DNA of 64,000 nt from Kiritimatiellia bacterium (GTDB lineage: Bacteria; Verrucomicrobiota; Kiritimatiellia; JAAZAB01), in NCBI GenBank assembly GCA_040767085.1, contig JAXGPF010000005.1:192001-256000 (forward strand), given 5' to 3'. Positions within the stretch are counted from its first letter, which is position 1; each line of letters begins with the position of its first letter. The notes under the pieces were generated by a model. The model was not told the origin of the DNA. It saw only the letters and a list, made by a program, of their open reading frames with translations, and ran no database searches. Below are positions 8,525 through 18,585 of the stretch, in pieces. The translations under genes were made by a program, and so were the position numbers.

Positions 8525-10483
8525 CTACCGCGGGGGGCGCATGCAGGCATCCCAGGGCGCGCTTTTGCGCAGGCACCGGCCCAGCGCGCGGTAAACATCC
8601 GGCAGGTCGAAGTAACGCAGGACACCGCGCGGCATGGCCGAAAGCGGCCAGATATAATATTGGGCTTCCGCCAGCATCTGATAACCAGGCAGGTAATGCC
8701 ACAGCCGCGCCCGCGGGCGGCGCGGATGCAGCAGCGCGGCGAAAGCCGCCGTCACCGAACCCAGGCCGCGGCCGGCCAGCTCGATTTCCGTTGCGCCGGC
8801 GGCGTATAGCAAGTCCAAAGCCCGCAACACATCGTACACGCGCGCGCCCAGGTAATTTTCGCCGAACATTTCATGCAGGGAGGCGTACAAATAATCGGCT
8901 CTGTACGGCGCAAGAAAATTGCGTTCGCCGCAGGTCAGCGGCTCGGACTGGCCGATACCGCGCGGGTCAATCGCCACAACCGTCCGCTTTCCGCGCAGCA
9001 GGGCGCGGGCCGCCGGGTCCGCAAGCAAATCCGCTTCCCCGGCGAGATGGCCGATGTAGGCAATCAGGCGCCCGATTGGCAGATGCCGGGGATGCTGCTC
9101 GGGGCCGCCGCACACGGTCAGCGCCGACAGAATGCCCGGAGCGGTTTCCGCCAGGAACTGCCCCCGCATTTTCAATTCCGGCCGGAACTGGATATAGCGC
9201 GGCGTCACGCGGTAATGCGGCGGCTCTGTTGCCAGCGCAATTCCCAGCACCTTGAGGACAGCATGCTGTAAACGCCGCCCAACCGGCCGGCCGCGCCTGG
9301 CGGCCAGGCCCGCGGCCCGGTCCCGGGTGAATTCGAAGACGCGCCGGCCGGGCAACCGATCATTTTTTCGACGCAAGAGAACATTGGTATCAGTCTCCGA
9401 TAAGGTCGTTATCCGCGGCTCGCGCGCGCTGCCGGACAGGCCGGCATGCTGCATGAAGAACCGGTACATCGCCTCGCGGTTATGGATGGAATAACCGTGG
9501 GTCGTCGGTCCGATGAAACACTGCGCGGTGTCCGGGCTGCCGAGTAATTCATGCACGCGCTGGAGTTCGCGGTACGCCGCCTGCGTGTAACGGCAGTCAA
9601 AGAAATCATAATACTGACCCAGCACGATGGTGGGGCGCGGCGCATAAGCGATCAGCAGATCGGCCTCGTCCAGCCCGCGGGCCAGGATGCCCGGGGGATT
9701 CTGCTCGGCATCGGCGGGAATTTCATTCTCGACCTGCGCCTGCCAGGAACAGATGTAGCACGATGGCGCGGCCATGGTCAGCCGCGAATCCAGGGCCGTG
9801 AGGTAAGCGGAAAGCGTGCCGCCGCCGGAATTGCCGGTGACCCCGACACGCGCGGGATCAACTTCGGGGCGGCTCAACAGATAATCCAGGCCGCGGATGG
9901 CATCGTAAACGCGCCAGGCGCCGAAGAAATCATCCGCCAACACCATCTGGTTGCCCAGCAGGTTATGCGCATGGCAGAGTCCCGGCATGGGCGTGCCCCG
10001 GGGCCGGTCATGTTGCCAGCGTTCGCCCTGGCTGATAGGGTCCATCAGCAGACATACAAAGCCCTTGGAGGCCAGGCCTTGCGCAAAACTGTAATAAGGC
10101 GCGGCCTGCTTGCCGTTCAGCGCGTGTCCGCACAGCCCCAGCACGGCCGGCGCCTGCACGTCGAGTTTCAGCGGCAAATAGAGATTGGCCGTGACATAAA
10201 AATCCGGCCGGCTCTGAAAAACGATTTTCTCCAGCGCGAACTTCGGATAATCGGCGCGGCCCGTCACGCGGGCGGCCAGCGGGCATTTGATTTTCGGGAA
10301 ATACGGCCGGAATGATTGCGCCGCCAGGTCCCGCACGGCGCGCACATAATTCCGGGCGTCGCGCCGGGTGCGCAGGCGGGCCAGGCGTTCTTGGCGCGCG
10401 GCCATGGCGGCACGCACACGCCGGACGAAATATTCATGCACCATCTGCGGATAACGATTGCTGTACAATGCCGGCGTCGCCAT
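8525..10483 (-). CDS. Two-domain acetylxylan-esterase-like alpha/beta hydrolase
   Basis: VTANLYLP, LCGH, DPISQGER, GNSGGG, followed by a second hydrolase-like domain. Confidence 0.8.
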   Translation of the reverse strand: MATPALYSNRYPQMVHEYFVRRVRAAMAARQERLARLRTRRDARNYVRAVRDLAAQSFRPYFPKIKCPLAARVTGRADYPKFALEKIVFQSRPDFYVTANLYLPLKLDVQAPAVLGLCGHALNGKQAAPYYSFAQGLASKGFVCLLMDPISQGERWQHDRPRGTPMPGLCHAHNLLGNQMVLADDFFGAWRVYDAIRGLDYLLSRPEVDPARVGVTGNSGGGTLSAYLTALDSRLTMAAPSCYICSWQAQVENEIPADAEQNPPGILARGLDEADLLIAYAPRPTIVLGQYYDFFDCRYTQAAYRELQRVHELLGSPDTAQCFIGPTTHGYSIHNREAMYRFFMQHAGLSGSAREPRITTLSETDTNVLLRRKNDRLPGRRVFEFTRDRAAGLAARRGRPVGRRLQHAVLKVLGIALATEPPHYRVTPRYIQFRPELKMRGQFLAETAPGILSALTVCGGPEQHPRHLPIGRLIAYIGHLAGEADLLADPAARALLRGKRTVVAIDPRGIGQSEPLTCGERNFLAPYRADYLYASLHEMFGENYLGARVYDVLRALDLLYAAGATEIELAGRGLGSVTAAFAALLHPRRPRARLWHYLPGYQMLAEAQYYIWPLSAMPRGVLRYFDLPDVYRALGRCLRKSAPWDACMRPPR

Positions 10484-10711
10484 GACGGTGTTCCTCCCTT
10501 TTGATCAATCAAAACATAAGCGCGCCGTATTTGTCAAAACAAGATTGCAATCCCGGATGCCGCGGCGGAGTGCATAGGCTTGACTTGCTCCAGCAAGATG
10601 GCTATCTTTCTAATACGCTTGGCCCATTATATCCTGCTTTCCGCGGAACGCGGGCGGCAAGACAAAACAGGGCGACCAGGCAGTCAATCAGGATCAGAGA
10701 GGAACCGAATC

Positions 10712-12031
10712 ATGTATTACGCCGGCAGTTGCAGCACCGATATCACCCCGCCCGTAGGTTATCTGCTCCAGGGACACTCCGCCCGCAAGCAACCATCCCA
10801 GATGGTGCACGATCCCCTGTACCTGAAGGCTTTGACCATCTCCGACGGCCGGGAGCGCGTCGCCCTGATTACCTCCGACCTGGTGTACTTCGACAAAAAC
10901 CTCACCACGGCCATCAAGGACGGCATTGCCCAGCGTACCGGCCTGCCCGTCGCCAGGATTATGCTTACCGCGGCGCATACCCATACCGGGCCGTTCACCT
11001 TTTCTTCGAAAGCGAACGACGAACGCCTGTTGCCGGACTATCTTGCACTGCTGGTGAAAAAAGCCGTGGGCGCGGTGATGGAGGCCATCCAGCGGGAGGC
11101 GCCGGCCACGCTGCGCTGGGGCACGGGCCGGGTCAACATCGGCGCCATCAACCGCCGGAGCAAGGACAGCCAGGGCCGTTTTCAGATGGCGCCCAATCCA
11201 GACCGGCCGGTTGATCCGCAAGTGACGGCGCTGGCAGTGTGTGATTCCGCGGGCCGGCCGCGGACAATTCTCTGTAATTACACCTGCCACCCGACAGTGC
11301 TGGCCACGGACATCTACCAGATTTCCGCCGATTATCCCGGCGTGACCCAACGCGTCCTGCAGCAGATGTACCCCGGCGCCATGGCCATGTTCACCAATGG
11401 ATGCTGCGGCGACGTGCGCCCGGCGATTATTGATCCGGCCACCGGCGAATTCAAGGGCGGGTCTTTCGCAGACACCGAACGCATGGGGCATACCCTGGCC
11501 GGCACTGTGATTGCAGCCCTGGAACAGGGCGAAGAACTGCCCGCCGGCAAAGTTGCCGGGCGCCTGCTGTCGCTGGAATTGCCGTTGGACCAGTCCCTGC
11601 TGCCCACCGACCCGGGCCGCCTGGAACACGCCTATCAAACCCACCAGAGCAGCCAGACCTCGCATGACGGGTCCGGCTTGGAAGCCTGGCGCGATCACTG
11701 GAAAGAACGGCTGGCCGCGGGCGCGCCCGTCCCCGCCGCGGTCTTGATGGACATACAAGCCTTGCATGTCGGACCGGCGCGTGTGGCCGGGATCGCGGGG
11801 GAGACCATGGTGGAGATCGGGTTGCGGATCAAGGACGGCGCCGCGGCCAGGAAACATAAACTGCTGCTCTGCGGCGATGCCAACGGCGTGGTCGGCTACC
11901 TGCCCACGACGGCCGCTTTAAGCGAGGGCGGGTATGAAACCAACAGTTTCATCCACAAGTTTTACGCCGCGCCCTACGCCCCGGGCATGGACGACAAGCT
12001 GGTGCAAGCCATGGTGGATTTGCTGGACTGA
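10712..12031 (+). CDS. Neutral/alkaline ceramidase N-terminal-domain family amidohydrolase
   Basis: DITPP, HDPLY, HTHTGP, NRR, NYTCHP, ISADYPG and GYLPT...EGGYE motifs; GAGG RBS. Confidence 0.8.
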   Translation: MYYAGSCSTDITPPVGYLLQGHSARKQPSQMVHDPLYLKALTISDGRERVALITSDLVYFDKNLTTAIKDGIAQRTGLPVARIMLTAAHTHTGPFTFSSKANDERLLPDYLALLVKKAVGAVMEAIQREAPATLRWGTGRVNIGAINRRSKDSQGRFQMAPNPDRPVDPQVTALAVCDSAGRPRTILCNYTCHPTVLATDIYQISADYPGVTQRVLQQMYPGAMAMFTNGCCGDVRPAIIDPATGEFKGGSFADTERMGHTLAGTVIAALEQGEELPAGKVAGRLLSLELPLDQSLLPTDPGRLEHAYQTHQSSQTSHDGSGLEAWRDHWKERLAAGAPVPAAVLMDIQALHVGPARVAGIAGETMVEIGLRIKDGAAARKHKLLLCGDANGVVGYLPTTAALSEGGYETNSFIHKFYAAPYAPGMDDKLVQAMVDLLD

Positions 12032-12052
12032 AGACAGCTTCCCGCCATTGCT

Positions 12053-13606
12053 TCAGCGAATATTGAATAACACTCCCCGCGGCAGATATTCATAAGCGCC
12101 CATGTCCACCGCGCGGCGGAATCCATCAATCCGCCCGCGGCCATCCAGGTCGGCGCCGCCGCTCATCCAGGACAGATTGGTGCCCGCGTCAATGCAGGGC
12201 GAATCAGCCGTAAGCCGGTAATCATACGCGGCGATGTCCGCGAAAGCGGGATAACTGGTGATGCAGCCGGCGATATCAGTCAGTTTCGGCGAACAACAGC
12301 AGGCCACATTCAGATTGGTCCGCACATGAAAGACGTCCGGATCGAGTGAAACACTGACGGTGGTATTGCTGTAGACGATGCAATTGGTCATGTAATAATT
12401 GGTGGTCGTAAAATAAACGCCGCCGGAATTAGCCCGGTTGGCCCGGTTTTCGACGATGGTGCAGAAATCAACCAGCGCCCCGCTCGGCTGCGCCGTCCAC
12501 TCGCCGCCGTAAATGCCCCCGCCTTCCCGGGCGTTGGCCGGCGCGGAATTCTTGCTGATCAGGCAATTCCGGATGACCGCATACGACGGCCGCCCCACGC
12601 CAATGGCAATACCGCCGCCGGCATTGGCCGCGCAATAGTTATGGCTAATCCGGCTGTTTTCAACGCGATTACCCGCGGCGTATTCAATGTAAATGCCGCC
12701 GCCGTAACCGTCGCTCAGCGCATTGCTGACCACGTCGGAATGCGTGATCAGCGAGACGCCATTCCCCATGTTAATCCCGCCGCCATAAGATCCGCCTATA
12801 TTTGTGGTAATGATGCAATTGCTTACCACTACTCCGTTCAGCACCTGAATCCCACCCGCGCCGTTCGGGCTCCGGTTGCCTTTAATCAGGCAATTGTTGA
12901 TGATGGCTGAATCCCTGCTATAGATTCCCCCAGCGGTGTTGGCGATGTTGGAATTGCCGATAATCTGACAGTTATGCATCACCGTTCCCTGCAAGCGCGC
13001 GCCGCCGCCATAAGTGCCGGAAACGTTCGACACAATCAGGCAATTGGTAATGGCGCCCAGATAGCTGTAAATGCCGCCGCCCGTTGTTCCAGCGCGGTTG
13101 ACCGCCACGGTGCAATTCGCGATAATCCCCGCATTATAGCAATAAATGCCGCCGCCCGCGCCCGCGGCATTGTTGCCGGCAATAATGCAATTGCGGACAA
13201 GCCCATTGGTCAGATAAACGGCGCCGCCGTCGGCCGCGGCATTACCGTTGGTCATGGTGAATCCGTCCACGACGGCATTCGAATGACCGACATAGAAACA
13301 GCGCCCCAGGCCGCCGGCGTCAATCACCGTCCCGGTCGCCCCGGCAAGGGACACAACCTGGACGTCCTTGGCGACGATTATATCAGTCGTTAGGGCATAC
13401 GATCCGTTGCCTACCAGCACCGTGTCGCCCGGCGCGGCCGCCTGGGCCACGCCGTTGCTGATGGTTAACCAGGGGCTGGCCGGCGAACCGTCGCCATCCG
13501 TGTCACTGCCGTCCGTGGCCACGTAATAAGTAGCCGAAAATCCCGTAAAAGCACCCGTCAGCGCCGTTAATCCGATCAAGCAGCTCTTCCGCGCCCATGA
13601 TTGCAT
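12053..13606 (-). CDS. Secreted right-handed beta-helix protein with choice-of-anchor-Q-like C-terminal domain
   Basis: Signal peptide, ATYYVA start, GGGIY/NCxIxxN repeats, SPCIDAG...DLDG..R...VDMGAYE; ends PRGVLFNIR. Confidence 0.85.
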   Translation of the reverse strand: MQSWARKSCLIGLTALTGAFTGFSATYYVATDGSDTDGDGSPASPWLTISNGVAQAAAPGDTVLVGNGSYALTTDIIVAKDVQVVSLAGATGTVIDAGGLGRCFYVGHSNAVVDGFTMTNGNAAADGGAVYLTNGLVRNCIIAGNNAAGAGGGIYCYNAGIIANCTVAVNRAGTTGGGIYSYLGAITNCLIVSNVSGTYGGGARLQGTVMHNCQIIGNSNIANTAGGIYSRDSAIINNCLIKGNRSPNGAGGIQVLNGVVVSNCIITTNIGGSYGGGINMGNGVSLITHSDVVSNALSDGYGGGIYIEYAAGNRVENSRISHNYCAANAGGGIAIGVGRPSYAVIRNCLISKNSAPANAREGGGIYGGEWTAQPSGALVDFCTIVENRANRANSGGVYFTTTNYYMTNCIVYSNTTVSVSLDPDVFHVRTNLNVACCCSPKLTDIAGCITSYPAFADIAAYDYRLTADSPCIDAGTNLSWMSGGADLDGRGRIDGFRRAVDMGAYEYLPRGVLFNIR

Positions 13607-13687
13607 ACCGCCTCCTTGTTACAAGCTGTCCGCACTTGTCAATATATCTTGCCGGCAAGGTTTTGTCATCCCCAAATGCCGCCGCGC

Positions 13688-15682
13688 TCAATCCGCCATG
13701 GCCGCGGCCCCGCCCCGCAGCAGCCATAGATGCTGTTCGCGGCCGCGCTGCGGATGGCCAAGAGGGAGGGACCGCACGAACCACAGGTTGCCCGCGCCAT
13801 CCTCGGTTAATAAACGGCCGCTGACCTCGCAGATGACGCGGGAACGGCCCGATTCAAGATTGAGGGCGAAAATGCCGCAGCGGGGGCCGTGGCCGATGCC
13901 GTAAAACAGTCCGTTTAAGCCAAGCACCCCATCGGTCGCGTCATCCACGGGGAACTGGTAGCTACGGAGTTCCCGCAGGTCGGGTAAAGAGAAGAGTTTC
14001 GGGGAGCTGGTCCAGACGCCAAGGTCGGGCCGATGGATGACGTCAAAAGCAAAGAGGCGCCCGGGGCCGGCGGCAAAAATCCCCCGCGCCGGATAGTCCA
14101 GCATCCGCACGACCTTCTGCTCCGCGATGCTCCACAAACACACCTGTCTGTGGGTGGTGAAGGCCAGGAGTCCCGGGCCGGCGCAAGCCAGGCTCCAGAC
14201 CTGATGTTGCGGGAGGCGGTGGTGTTCCAACACGCGGTTGTCCGGGGAGAAGCGGATCAGGCCGCCCCCGGTCGCGCCCCAGTCCTCGATGCCGCCCCAC
14301 CACAGGCAGCCTTCGGCGTCCACGCAATGCGCGAACGGGCGGTACAGGCCCTTCGTCCGGGTGGAAAGCACACGCGGGTTGGAATCGGTTTGGCCCGGGC
14401 TGACGCGCCACTTTTGGGCGGGATCGTAACACAGCAGGCGCCCGCCCGGATATGAACCGATGTAGAGCCTGCCGGCATAGCCGAAAATGCTGGAGGGCTG
14501 TCCCTCGGTCAGGGCGGCATAGCCGAGGGCGCGCAGTTCCCGGCGCCGGTGATCTGCGCGGCTGATCAACTGCGATTGCAGGGAGGCGACATGGATCGCT
14601 CCATCCGGACCGACGCCCGTCAGGGCAATGTTCATTCCCCGGTTGCGGCATTCGATCATCTGGACCCGTTCGAGGCGGCGGCGGTCGTGGGAGAACCGGA
14701 GCAGGTGGAACTGCGGCGTCATCCCCCACCGGAGGCCGGCCGCCAACCGCGGATGCCGGGACAGGAATTCTTCCGTGATCTCGACCAGGGCAAGTTCCCG
14801 GGTGCGCGGATCGAAACAGGCCACCCCCCGCTTTGTCACAAAATACGCGCAGCCGCCCGCCGTGCCAATCCAGGCGCCCATCATCCACGCGCCCTGCGCG
14901 GTCACATCTTCGGGCGGCTCGATGGGCGGGATTTCGCAGAGGAACTTGCCCGTACGGGCGTCAAAAACCAGGTGAGGGCCGACCTTGGCAAAGAGGTATT
15001 CGCCGCTGACCTGGATCGCGCCGGCGCGGTAGTCCTCGGAGTTCCGGCGGTAGGGATCGGCGGGAAGAATCATTTCCGCCGTACCGCTGGCGGGATGGTA
15101 CCGGTAGATGCCGGTGTTGAAGAGGCCGGCGGCAAAGATTGCGCCGCCGGGGCCGGGGGCGAGATAGGCGAGATAATTCGTGTCGGGGAACGGCCGGCCC
15201 AGGTATTCGAACCGTTCCGCGCGGGGGAAGTAGCGGCCGAAGTTCCCCTGGATATCGCCATAATACACGACGCCATCGGCATTGACGGCGCAGGAGCGCA
15301 GGATTTTCAGCCCGTTCCGGGCGGCGGTGGCGAAAGGGAAGCCGTGGCTGCGGAAAGCGTCCTGCGCCGGCGAGTAACTGTAGAGCCGCCCGGCGGCCGA
15401 TCCGGACCAGAATGTGCCGTCCGGCCCCCTGGCAATCCGGTTCAATTCGGTGTCGCCCGGTTCGAGATCGAAGTAGCGGACTTGTTCCGCGGCGGTGTCG
15501 TAGATGCCGAAACTGCCGCCATACGCGGCAAAACAGCTGAAATAGATGAGGAACTCCCCCGGAACGGCCGGGTGCGGTTCGGCGATGGTTTCCTGCATCT
15601 GGCCGCCGCGCAGTCCCTCGCCGGCCTGCATGGGGACGAGTTTCCGACGCAAGTTTTTTCCGGCTACGCCAGCGCTTTGCAT
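13688..15682 (-). CDS. Beta-propeller repeat protein of unknown function
   Basis: Repeated GPDG/GxLY..DP blade motifs; part of the minus-strand operon. Confidence 0.6.
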   Translation of the reverse strand: MQSAGVAGKNLRRKLVPMQAGEGLRGGQMQETIAEPHPAVPGEFLIYFSCFAAYGGSFGIYDTAAEQVRYFDLEPGDTELNRIARGPDGTFWSGSAAGRLYSYSPAQDAFRSHGFPFATAARNGLKILRSCAVNADGVVYYGDIQGNFGRYFPRAERFEYLGRPFPDTNYLAYLAPGPGGAIFAAGLFNTGIYRYHPASGTAEMILPADPYRRNSEDYRAGAIQVSGEYLFAKVGPHLVFDARTGKFLCEIPPIEPPEDVTAQGAWMMGAWIGTAGGCAYFVTKRGVACFDPRTRELALVEITEEFLSRHPRLAAGLRWGMTPQFHLLRFSHDRRRLERVQMIECRNRGMNIALTGVGPDGAIHVASLQSQLISRADHRRRELRALGYAALTEGQPSSIFGYAGRLYIGSYPGGRLLCYDPAQKWRVSPGQTDSNPRVLSTRTKGLYRPFAHCVDAEGCLWWGGIEDWGATGGGLIRFSPDNRVLEHHRLPQHQVWSLACAGPGLLAFTTHRQVCLWSIAEQKVVRMLDYPARGIFAAGPGRLFAFDVIHRPDLGVWTSSPKLFSLPDLRELRSYQFPVDDATDGVLGLNGLFYGIGHGPRCGIFALNLESGRSRVICEVSGRLLTEDGAGNLWFVRSLPLGHPQRGREQHLWLLRGGAAAMAD

Positions 15683-15704
15683 GCCTTCATTCTCCCAACT
15701 GGTT

Positions 15705-17762
15705 TCATGGTTCCCCGGCGCATTGCGCCACGGCCTGCCGCACCCGGGCAAGCATCCCGCGCCAGGCATTGCCGCCGGCTCCGGGCGGCGGCGGGCCGGG
15801 TTCGACGCTGCGCATCAGCAGGTCATCCATTTGCCCGGACACGACAGCCAGGGTCTCCACGGCCGCCGCGAATTCGCCGGCGGCCAGGTCTAACCGCGCC
15901 CGGCGCTCCGCTGCCGGGATGACCGCGGGCGCGGCCGCTGTAAAAATCCCGTTCAGGCGTTGAATTGCGTCAATGAGCGCCAGCACCAGCTTTGTTTCCA
16001 CGGCAAACGTCGGATCCTGGTGCGATGCGACCAGCGCTAAAGCTTTTTGGCAGGTAATTTTCCGCGCTTCAAAATCCGTGATTACGGCAAAAGGCCGGAA
16101 CAGCCCCGCGCCCAGTGGCAGCCGTTCGCCTTTTTCCAGTTGCCCGATCGCTGTTTTCCAAGCGGAACCCGCCGGGACGAAGGCGTGAATATTTTCCAGG
16201 GCGCACTCCACCGGCCCCATCAGCGCAATCCAGCGGCCGATTTTATCCGGCGCTTCCAAACCGCGGCGCGTGGCCCAGGCCGTCCCCAGGGCGGCGGCAT
16301 CCCGGCCGTTGATATTCCACGACCATTCGGCCAGGGCGCTGACATGGAAATTGTATAATTCCCGTTCCCAGAGCCCCTTCACCTGTTCGTAGCCCCCTTT
16401 AACATCCGCGGGCGGCTTGACCGGCGCCCAACTGTAAACGCCGCTCCAACGATTAGTATAAAGGCGGTGCATGACCGCGGGTATGTCCTGCGCGCCCCAG
16501 AACCGCAAGGCGGCCTGCGGTGAAAGGCGCGATCCGTTCAACGTCGCCACCCAGCGGCCGCTGGCGGCATATTCATCAAACGCCTGGTTGAAGCCGTAAA
16601 CTTTCCCGGCTTTGATTTCCGGCGGCAGCAATTTCAGGCAGGCGTAACTCTCGGCCAGGTCATTGGAGTACCCCGCCCAACCCTGGGTGAACAAAATGCG
16701 GCCGGACACCTCGGGATGCTTTTGACGGAGTTCCCGTAAAACCGCGCAGGCCACCTGCGTTTCCATCACAATTTGGGGGATGCCCGACCGCAGGCAGGCC
16801 GCGCATTCGCATTGCACCGGCGTCAACTCCGAGAGCCAGATGCCGATCTCCCGCGCCCCCTGCCGCACCGCGTCTTCGGCCCATTCCATGAGGATTTTCT
16901 GGAACAGCGGATTGGACGCGCAGGGACAGATAGCCTGGTTCCGGTGATAGTAGGAGCTTTTCGCCCGGGCGCCTTGGCCGACCAGTTCTGGATAAACATC
17001 CTGCATGCCATACCGGGCAAAAAAATCCAGATGGGGGCAGCGGGTTTCGAGATGGAATGGACGGACGCTGGCCGCCGGATAAGCGTTGGTTGGCATCCGC
17101 AGGCACTGGACCGGCTGGCCGGTTGTAAAGCCTATGCCGGCGGGCGCCAGCGAGTAGTTGAGCTTCAGCGTTGCCAGCCACGGAATCTGCGACAGGCTGT
17201 TGTTCCAAAGACCGCGTTCATCAAAATCCGGCCAGTCCGCAACCCGTGCCAGCGGAATCAGCGCCTGGCCGGGCGTCAGCCTTGGTTCGAGCATCTGGAT
17301 CAGGGTCTGGACGCCGAAATAAACGCCCGCGGCATTCCAGCCGGCGACCAGCAACTGGTTCGTGCCCGCGGGTTCGATGAGATAGGCCTGCTCCGGACTG
17401 GGCCGGGTTTTCAACGCCGCGGCCCCGCTGGCGCGCAGGGATTCCACGGCGCCGGATTGATCGAAAACCCCGATCACGATCCGGAAAAGCGCGCCGGTGG
17501 GATCCGCGCCGGTGCGGGCCTTGAAAACCGCGCGCAGTTCGCGGAGCGCCTGCTGTTCGATGGCGCCGGCGCCGCGCGCCGGAAAGACGCCGATATCCCG
17601 CGGGGTTCCCCGGAACGCATGACTGAGGGAAAGTTCATGGGGCAGCGGCAGCAGGTGATTCCGCCACTCCGCCTGCGCCTCCGGGGTTAACGACTCGACC
17701 TGGGCCCATCCCGCGCAACCGATGCAACATATCACTAATAATCCCATCCGCCGCATGCTCAT
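15705..17762 (-). CDS. Secreted protein with GH20-associated zincin-like N-terminal domain and putative glycoside hydrolase barrel
   Basis: Signal peptide, LLPLPH, EQAYLI, GVYFGVQTLIQM and DWPDFDERG; GAGG RBS. Confidence 0.7.
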   Translation of the reverse strand: MSMRRMGLLVICCIGCAGWAQVESLTPEAQAEWRNHLLPLPHELSLSHAFRGTPRDIGVFPARGAGAIEQQALRELRAVFKARTGADPTGALFRIVIGVFDQSGAVESLRASGAAALKTRPSPEQAYLIEPAGTNQLLVAGWNAAGVYFGVQTLIQMLEPRLTPGQALIPLARVADWPDFDERGLWNNSLSQIPWLATLKLNYSLAPAGIGFTTGQPVQCLRMPTNAYPAASVRPFHLETRCPHLDFFARYGMQDVYPELVGQGARAKSSYYHRNQAICPCASNPLFQKILMEWAEDAVRQGAREIGIWLSELTPVQCECAACLRSGIPQIVMETQVACAVLRELRQKHPEVSGRILFTQGWAGYSNDLAESYACLKLLPPEIKAGKVYGFNQAFDEYAASGRWVATLNGSRLSPQAALRFWGAQDIPAVMHRLYTNRWSGVYSWAPVKPPADVKGGYEQVKGLWERELYNFHVSALAEWSWNINGRDAAALGTAWATRRGLEAPDKIGRWIALMGPVECALENIHAFVPAGSAWKTAIGQLEKGERLPLGAGLFRPFAVITDFEARKITCQKALALVASHQDPTFAVETKLVLALIDAIQRLNGIFTAAAPAVIPAAERRARLDLAAGEFAAAVETLAVVSGQMDDLLMRSVEPGPPPPGAGGNAWRGMLARVRQAVAQCAGEP

Positions 17763-17799
17763 TTCCTCGTTGAAAGCTGCCGTTTGTTCAACGGTGCGT

Positions 17800-18585
17800 C
17801 TAATCATCCGCCGGCGGAAACAAAATCCTGACGGCGCACCGGGCTTCCGCGGCGTCGTTCGTCGCAGGGATCAGCGCCGGAACCACGCTGATGTAATAGA
17901 CATATTGAGAAACACGGTCATCCACAAACACCCCCTCTTTGCCTTCAATGATTTCCAGGCCCATCCTCCGCGGGCCTGTCAGGCCGGACCAATGCAGCTC
18001 CGCCGCGCGCCAGCCGCCGAAAAACTTGCGCCAGCCGCGATCCGCGCGGATGCTGAAAAACGGCGGCAGAAAGATTTGCTCGACCTGGCCGGTAGCCCCG
18101 GTCACGTTCAACTGCGCCCCCCGGGTATCGTCCCGGCCATAAAAATATTCCGGGTTGAATTGCACCTGATAACGGATTTCGGGATTGTTACGGTATTCCG
18201 GCTTGACCTGGAGGTTAAAACACAATTCCAGACTGTTTGCGCCGAACGTGACCCGGCGCACCAGTTTACCGGCCGGATCATCGGTATTGATTTCAAACCA
18301 GTTGCTTCCCATGCAGGTTTTAACGCCATCATACCACCGGCCGAATAGCGGTTCAACAGCTCGCCCGCCGGACTGGAATGTATAACGGTCCCTGACAACC
18401 AGCGGCCACTCGTCCCGGTTGAGCCGCAGGCTGCCATAATACAGGCGCAGGCGGCAATCATTAAAGGTCGCCGCGGTGACGTCCTGCGCAGCGCGCGTTT
18501 CCGCGCGGGCGATGCCGGACCATATCACCAAGCCGGCGATCATGCCGGCCGGCAAAATCCTTGGTGCCCAGCGCATCGCCGTCAT
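17800..18585 (-). CDS. Secreted hypothetical protein
   Basis: Signal-peptide-like N-terminus; 4-bp overlap with the upstream gene. Confidence 0.6.
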   Translation of the reverse strand: MTAMRWAPRILPAGMIAGLVIWSGIARAETRAAQDVTAATFNDCRLRLYYGSLRLNRDEWPLVVRDRYTFQSGGRAVEPLFGRWYDGVKTCMGSNWFEINTDDPAGKLVRRVTFGANSLELCFNLQVKPEYRNNPEIRYQVQFNPEYFYGRDDTRGAQLNVTGATGQVEQIFLPPFFSIRADRGWRKFFGGWRAAELHWSGLTGPRRMGLEIIEGKEGVFVDDRVSQYVYYISVVPALIPATNDAAEARCAVRILFPPADD

